This document shows positions 58,993 through 64,000 of a stretch of DNA of 64,000 bases, in pieces (position 1 is the stretch's first letter; the number at the start of each line of letters is the position of its first letter). The stretch is from Nanobdellati archaeon (lineage in GTDB: Archaea; EX4484-52; WAPT01), in the NCBI GenBank assembly GCA_015520605.1, contig WAPT01000001.1, forward strand, positions 14,721-78,720, in the 5' to 3' direction. The notes under the pieces were generated by a model. The model was not told the origin of the DNA. It saw nothing but the letters and a program-made list of their open reading frames with translations, and did no database searches. The position numbers were made by a program, and so were the translations under genes.

Positions 58993-60180
58993 ATGGTAAA
59001 AACACTGCTTACCAAGGATGTTATGAACAAAAACTTCGTGATAATGGAGGAAAACGATCCGATTTCAAAAGCGATAGATATTTTCGATGAGAGGGAGCCC
59101 GATGTAATTGTTGTTGTGGATTCAAATGGAAATTATGTTGGAATTCTGTCCGAAAGGTGGATCTACAGGTCAAGGCTTGATCCCACCAAAACCAAAGTAA
59201 AGACACTTGCGAGACATGTTCCCAAAGCCTATAAGGATACTCTTCTGGTGGAGATCGCCAGAAAAATGGTTGAGAATTATGTTCAGGCTGTGCCCGTTTT
59301 CGATAAGGATCAAGATGTGGTTATTGGTATAGTAAGTGATATTGATCTTCTTGTGAAGGTTGTGGAGAAAGAGTTCGGAAATGAGAAAGCCATAGATTAT
59401 GCAACCACACACCTAATAACACTTTTGCCTACAGACAGCATAGGAAAAGCTCTGGCCATGTTCAGGGATAACAATATTTCCCGAGCTCCGGTTATAGACG
59501 AGGGTAAGGTTGTGGGTATAGTCACCATGCATGACATCGTCACAAGGTTCCTTATTCCCAGAGAGAGGGCCAGGAGGGGTGAATTGAAAGGAGAGAAGGT
59601 TCATCCGCTTTCTGCTCCCGTCAGTAAGATAATGAGCTCGCCGGTCATTACGGTAACTCCTAATGCCACTCTAAGAGATATTGTGGAGCTCCTGAAACAG
59701 CACGATATTTCGGGGGTTGTGATCACGGATGAGAAAGGCAAGGCCATCGGAATAATCACCAAGAGGGACTTGCTGGAAGCTCTGATAAAGTATGCAGAAG
59801 TGCCTGAGGAAGAGAATTACATCGTGCAGATGGCAGGAGACTATGATAAGGTCGATGCTTTCGAGATGGAACACATAAGGAAGGATATTGAAAGTCTGAT
59901 GGAACTTGTGAAAAAGATGTTCGATGAAGCAATGCTGACCGTGCACTTCAAGCAGCTGAAAGCAACAAGGCCTGATGCAAGAAGATTCCTGATAAGGTTG
60001 AGGTTGATAACACCAGGCAAGGTTTATGTTGCAAAATACGAGGGTTTTAACGCTATAGATGTGTTTGAAATCGTGAAGGACAAGCTCGAAAGAGAGATTG
60101 TATCCGATAAGGAAAAGGAGGTTGACTTAAGAAAGAAGGAGACTCACGAACACCTAGAGAAGTATGAGTTTTGGATGTGA
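58993..60180 (+). CDS. Four-CBS-domain protein with C-terminal HPF/RaiA-like domain
   Basis: Four CBS repeats (GILS, GIVS, GIVT, GIIT), then a beta-alpha-beta-beta-beta-alpha-patterned C-terminal domain. Confidence 0.8.
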   Translation: MVKTLLTKDVMNKNFVIMEENDPISKAIDIFDEREPDVIVVVDSNGNYVGILSERWIYRSRLDPTKTKVKTLARHVPKAYKDTLLVEIARKMVENYVQAVPVFDKDQDVVIGIVSDIDLLVKVVEKEFGNEKAIDYATTHLITLLPTDSIGKALAMFRDNNISRAPVIDEGKVVGIVTMHDIVTRFLIPRERARRGELKGEKVHPLSAPVSKIMSSPVITVTPNATLRDIVELLKQHDISGVVITDEKGKAIGIITKRDLLEALIKYAEVPEEENYIVQMAGDYDKVDAFEMEHIRKDIESLMELVKKMFDEAMLTVHFKQLKATRPDARRFLIRLRLITPGKVYVAKYEGFNAIDVFEIVKDKLEREIVSDKEKEVDLRKKETHEHLEKYEFWM

Positions 60181-60195
60181 AATTATAATAGGGGG

Positions 60196-60456
60196 GTGAA
60201 CCTAATGGATATGAGAAAGATCAGGCTTGTGGTCGACACAGTACTGATTGCTGTTTTTGTCATCCTTACTCTTAGTGGGTTTGTGCTCTACATAGCTCCA
60301 TCCGGGCCCGGAAGTAAGTACTGGAGCTTTCTGGGAATAAATAAGTATAAGTGGGGTATGTTACATACACAAATAGGATTCGTGTTCATCTTGTTAGTTT
60401 TAATCCACTTCTGGCTAAACAGGAAGCTGTTCATAGGATTGATAAAAATGAAGTGA
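60196..60456 (+). CDS. DUF4405-like small membrane protein with conserved His residues
   Basis: SGFVLY...FLGI...W..LH...IHFWLN. Confidence 0.75.
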   Translation: MNLMDMRKIRLVVDTVLIAVFVILTLSGFVLYIAPSGPGSKYWSFLGINKYKWGMLHTQIGFVFILLVLIHFWLNRKLFIGLIKMK

Positions 60457-60720
60457 GTTGCTAAATTATCGCGATTCAGTATGAGATGCAACACACCCTA
60501 CCTAACCTTTGACATCGACACTACAGGTCTTAAAACTATCACATACACCACATACAAATTTTTTGTATGACATACCACAATCCAGATGGAGAGATATAAA
60601 CAACATAAAGAATGGAAGTGTGCTGCTTTGTTGGATTATATGCGAGAGTGGTAAATTCTTCAACCAATGTAAAGATACTGCTCATTAAGTGCTCAAATTA
60701 AACCATCTGGAGGAATATTT

Positions 60721-60819
60721 TCAAGTTCCTTTAATTTTTTGTTTTATTTTTTGTTTGGTTTTTGGTTCCAAATTTTTCATGAACTTAACTGCCTTTTTGT
60801 GTAAAACCACTTCAAACAT
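60721..60819 (-). pseudogene. Truncated RelE/ParE-family toxin
   Basis: Manual translation MFEVVLHKKAVKFMKNLEPKTKQKIKQKIK then frameshift/stop; alternative frame continues ELENIP. Confidence 0.6.
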
Positions 60820-60835
60820 AAAATAAAAACTAGTT

Positions 60836-60863
60836 TCTGTTGTTAATAAATGTTAACGAAAAT
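60836..60863. other. Degenerate dif-like site (11-6-11)
   Basis: TCTGTTGTTAA-TAAATG-TTAACGAAAAT, TAA-N6-TTA core with partial symmetry. Confidence 0.35.
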
Positions 60864-60887
60864 GCAGGATTGTATATTGCTGCAAAA

Positions 60888-61067
60888 TTAAACTTCATCC
60901 AGTTTTACTGCTTTTTTATCTACTTCTCCTTTCTTTACTATCTCATCCGCTTCTTTCAAAAGAAGATATTCCTCATGTGTCAAAAACGCATCACTAATAA
61001 TTTCCACTAAAAAGTTTAGCCTTTTATCTATCTCATTCACTTTTCTCAAAAGTCCCCCATCAGACAT
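60888..61067 (-). CDS. 59-aa putative antitoxin
   Basis: Not in the ORF track. MSDGGLLRKVNEIDKRLNFLVEIISDAFLTHEEYLLLKEADEIVKKGEVDKKAVKLDEV, upstream of the RelE fragment. Confidence 0.6.
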   Translation of the reverse strand: MSDGGLLRKVNEIDKRLNFLVEIISDAFLTHEEYLLLKEADEIVKKGEVDKKAVKLDEV

Positions 61068-61197
61068 AGTTTCTATTTAGCATGTATCTAATATAAATTT
61101 ATTTCAGAGTCTCAAGCCCTAAATTACTTGTTATCTTTTTCTCTTTCGACAAGGTGATAAAGATGGTTTAAAAAGGTTTGAAGAGGAAGAAAAATTC

Positions 61198-61386
61198 ATG
61201 GCAAAGTTCATGATCCTTTGTGTTCCGCCGCATGCGATAGAATATGCGAACAGCAAAAATGAAGCAATAGAACGAGAAGATGTAACAGTAAGATGGATCG
61301 GCAACGCTGAAAGCAAAGAGGAAGCATGGCAGAAATTTGTGGAGCAGGATGCTGAATTTGTGGAATTTTCGGAAAATAGTGGTTAA
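61198..61386 (+). CDS. Small hypothetical protein
   Basis: 62-aa acidic ORF. Confidence 0.45.
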   Translation: MAKFMILCVPPHAIEYANSKNEAIEREDVTVRWIGNAESKEEAWQKFVEQDAEFVEFSENSG

Positions 61387-61416
61387 GAAACGAGTGTCAT
61401 GCTCCGAGGCGATATT

Positions 61417-61911
61417 ATGAGAACAACATTTGAAAAAGTAGTGGAAATAGTTTTCAGAGAAATAATACCGAAACTAGAAAATAACGACGGATTAGCTGTA
61501 TTTGCTAAGGAGAGAGCAAAATTTGAAGGTTGGCTCAAAGTAGAACTATGTGAGAGTTTATCAAAATACTTTCCATCAGTCACCCCAGAAAAAGATAGGA
61601 TTGACATCACATTTAATAATTGGGCAATAGAGCTTAAAACTATCAATACTAACTACCGATACAAAAACGTTAAGAACAAAATACGTCCAATTACTAAAAA
61701 TGTCAAAGGTATACTCGAAGATATTGAAAAATTGAAATCATCAACCTATACTAATAAGGCAATTTTATTCGTAGTTTTCCCTGTGACTCATAATAATGAA
61801 AATTGGCGAATGCATTTGCAAAGAATATCTAGATTATTGAAAGATCTAAAACACAGGGAATTCAAATTTAAAAACGATATTTCAGGAGTGATTTATTTTG
61901 GATTAATATGA
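61417..61911 (+). CDS. Putative PD-(D/E)xK nuclease
   Basis: FEGWLKVEL...RIDITF...AIELK. Confidence 0.6.
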   Translation: MRTTFEKVVEIVFREIIPKLENNDGLAVFAKERAKFEGWLKVELCESLSKYFPSVTPEKDRIDITFNNWAIELKTINTNYRYKNVKNKIRPITKNVKGILEDIEKLKSSTYTNKAILFVVFPVTHNNENWRMHLQRISRLLKDLKHREFKFKNDISGVIYFGLI

Positions 61912-61940
61912 TGACGCCGTTTCGTTCAACAGTGTGGTGC

Positions 61941-62079
61941 TTCACCTCTTATCCTCCATCACAAAATCACTAACAATAAGTATGTGATTTTCTACATTCG
62001 CCTAGATGCTTTGGCTACGGCTTACATTTCACATACCCGCAGAACATTATTGAGTTTGAGGTTTTGAGGATAGGATGAA
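61941..62079. repeat. Long imperfect inverted repeat, attC-like
   Basis: TATCCTC (61950)/GAGGATA (62066) and GTATGTGA (61980)/TCACATAC (62029); TAAC at 61971. Confidence 0.55.
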
Positions 62080-62093
62080 TAACGCTTCTTGTT

Positions 62094-62276
62094 TTATTCA
62101 AGTAATCTTTTAAGATGTTCTTTGTTCGCTTTTGTAAGTGGGATTATGACATTTAATTCCAAATTCCTATCTGTTTTTTCGATTGCTTCCTTTATGTTTT
62201 CTGTTTCAATAATTTCAGAGAACTTTATAACGTTTTCACTATCCCAAACGCAGTATAAAACACCATATTTCATCAT
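62094..62276 (-). CDS. Small hypothetical protein
   Basis: 60-aa ORF with a TTTATAA-like box upstream. Confidence 0.5.
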   Translation of the reverse strand: MMKYGVLYCVWDSENVIKFSEIIETENIKEAIEKTDRNLELNVIIPLTKANKEHLKRLLE

Positions 62277-62331
62277 GAATAGATCGAGAGAAGGTGATAT
62301 TTATAAGGATTTTTATTAACTTTTCTTAATT

Positions 62332-63300
62332 ATGAATAAACCAAACTATTTTCTAATATCAGTATCAAATAGGGAGAATCTAGAACTATGTAAGAAATTC
62401 GCTTTGGCGGGGCTTACAAATAGTATTAATGGCGCATGGGCATACGTGGAAATAAATGAGGGGGATTTCGTTTCATTTCTTTATGGTGCGCGAGCACACA
62501 ATCTCTATAGGGTCAAGGAAAAAGAAGCAATACGAAACGCTAAAGACCTTCCACCATGGAAACCAATAACATTCAAACCATCAAATAGAACATATTGGTT
62601 TCCTTTAGGTTGTATCTTGAACCAGTAAGGCAGTTTGAAGAGCCCCTCATAAGAAACGAGTTTGCTTATGTAGCTGAAAATTTGCTTTTACGTGGAGGAT
62701 ACAGGAAAACGCATTTTCAAGCGGATCAAACCACACTTCAATAATGTTTCTCAAGTAGGTAATGTCATTAAAAGGAGTGTAGATATTTTAGAAATGCCAA
62801 AATACGAAACCTTTGAACTTAAATTCTGTTTGAGGAAAGAAAATGAAAATCCACCCGAAGTATCTTCATTTAAGGAAGTCATTCTACAAGCGCTAATAAA
62901 GAGATACTTATCAGAAAACCCTAACTTGAAAAATCTCATAGAGATTTGTGAAATAGACGAATTGGATATAAACAACCTTGAAGTCTTAAGTGAAAAAGCG
63001 CTGCCAGAAGGACATGTAGATATATTGATCAAAGAAGCAATACCAATAGGAGTTTCAAGGAAAATTGTGATAGAAGTCAAACTTGGAAAGGCTTCAGAAA
63101 ATGATTTCAAACAACTAAAATATTATGTTTCTGAGTTGGGTAATGAGTGTTTGAGAGGAGTTTTAATTGCGCGGGATTTTGCAAAACGCGCGCTTGAAAA
63201 GTTTGGAAATGACATAACAACTCTGACATACAATCTTGATTGGAAGAAAGATATTATAAGTTTTGAAAAATTGTGCGAATCGTTGAAGCTTCTACAATAA
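62332..63300 (+). pseudogene. EVE/PUA-like domain plus NucS-like PD-(D/E)xK nuclease, double frameshift
   Basis: ORF1 ([15 protein letters not shown]...EGDFVSFLY) and ORF2 (EGHVDILI...IEVK...QLKYY...GVLIA) are bridged by an open shifted frame [43 protein letters not shown]. Confidence 0.7.
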
Positions 63301-63304
63301 ATTT

Positions 63305-63619
63305 TCAAAGTTTCGCAAATCTGGCAAGTAAGACAATCAATGGAATCACAAAATAAAAAATTAATTCAGATATCCCCAGCAATCCAGCTTTCGCCATAAT
63401 ATATACCCCAAACAACCATCCAATTAAATATCCGGTTCCCCAGTAAGGCGTCACATATACCAGAGAGACAAGACCAAGAAACTCGATTAGCTTTAAAGAA
63501 AGAATATAATCATGAATATTATAAGGCACTATTTTAATCTCTGAGAGGATCTGTATCAAAACACCAATTAAAAAGCCTGAAAAGATTTCTGAGATGGCTC
63601 TTTCAAAACCGTGCTCCAT
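63305..63619 (-). CDS. Small multi-pass membrane protein
   Basis: About 104 aa, four hydrophobic segments. Confidence 0.65.
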   Translation of the reverse strand: MEHGFERAISEIFSGFLIGVLIQILSEIKIVPYNIHDYILSLKLIEFLGLVSLVYVTPYWGTGYLIGWLFGVYIMAKAGLLGISELIFYFVIPLIVLLARFAKL

Positions 63620-63764
63620 TCTGGGCATATATTGTTATTTTTGGGAAAATTTTAATAATATTCTGTCAATTCTTCCCACTTTCATCTTATATTTTTGGGA
63701 AAATATTTTCCAGCTTATATTTCTCAAAATCTTCTTTTCTCTCCACTTTCCATCCGTCCAGTTT

Positions 63765-63792
63765 TGTTCGCATAACGAATATTATGCGAACT
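63765..63792. other. Palindromic dif-like Xer recombination site
   Basis: TGTTCGCATAA-CGAATA-TTATGCGAACT: 11-6-11 geometry, 10-bp perfect inverted arms, CGCATAA-N6-TTATG core as in bacterial dif. Confidence 0.75.
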
Positions 63793-64000
63793 TGTTTTGA
63801 GTGTTGCGTTTTTTGTTCTAATATATTGATCTTGTACAAGTGCTTTTTTATAGAAAATAGTTGGATCAAAAGAACGTGTAGAAAAAGTTCTCAGACATAT
63901 ACTCTAAAGAGTCATATGCCTCATGTTGGGTAAAAGATTAATGTGAGAGTTTTTCGGAACATTGTGGAAAATAAATGGGAAATTTGTTCTAATTATAAGC

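Noticed and set aside
62309-62336. Additional TAA-N6-TTA dif-like site
   Set aside because: Symmetry limited to A/T bases in very AT-rich promoter DNA; likely chance
63687-63869. 60-aa minus-strand ORF spanning the dif-like site
   Set aside because: Its internal MRT simply reflects the palindrome; no coding signature
1-64000. CRISPR array, rRNA genes, IS transposases, reverse transcriptase or DGR
   Set aside because: None seen: no regularly spaced repeats, no long GC-rich RNA tract, and no DDE or RT motifs

Overview
Archaeal chromosomal segment, probably from a thermophilic small-genome DPANN-type archaeon (inferred from gene order, the class III signal-peptide pilin cluster and the compact proteins). 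Most of the window is housekeeping: gatE/gatD; tbp-mcm-RPA-aIF2b-NMD3-aIF1A-RIO1-KH-top6B/A; glyS, trpS, pheS/T and leuS; ftsZ-secE-spt5-rpl11/1/10/12; and four tRNAs (Asn, Phe, Gln and an intron-containing Thr). Accessory material includes five pilin-like genes, two large surface proteins inserted into a conserved operon, a UbiA/flippase/GT4 cassette, a barrel-only pyruvate kinase and several pseudogenes. The most notable structure is at the right end. A XerA-type recombinase gene has its start codon inside an 11-bp sequence identical to one arm of a palindromic 11-6-11 dif-like site at 63765-63792. Between them lies an AT-rich island with a second dif-like site, an attC-like hairpin, a decayed toxin-antitoxin pair and PD-(D/E)xK defence genes. 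This suggests a Xer/dif-anchored gene-capture locus. All calls come from motif reading only; no database searches were run.
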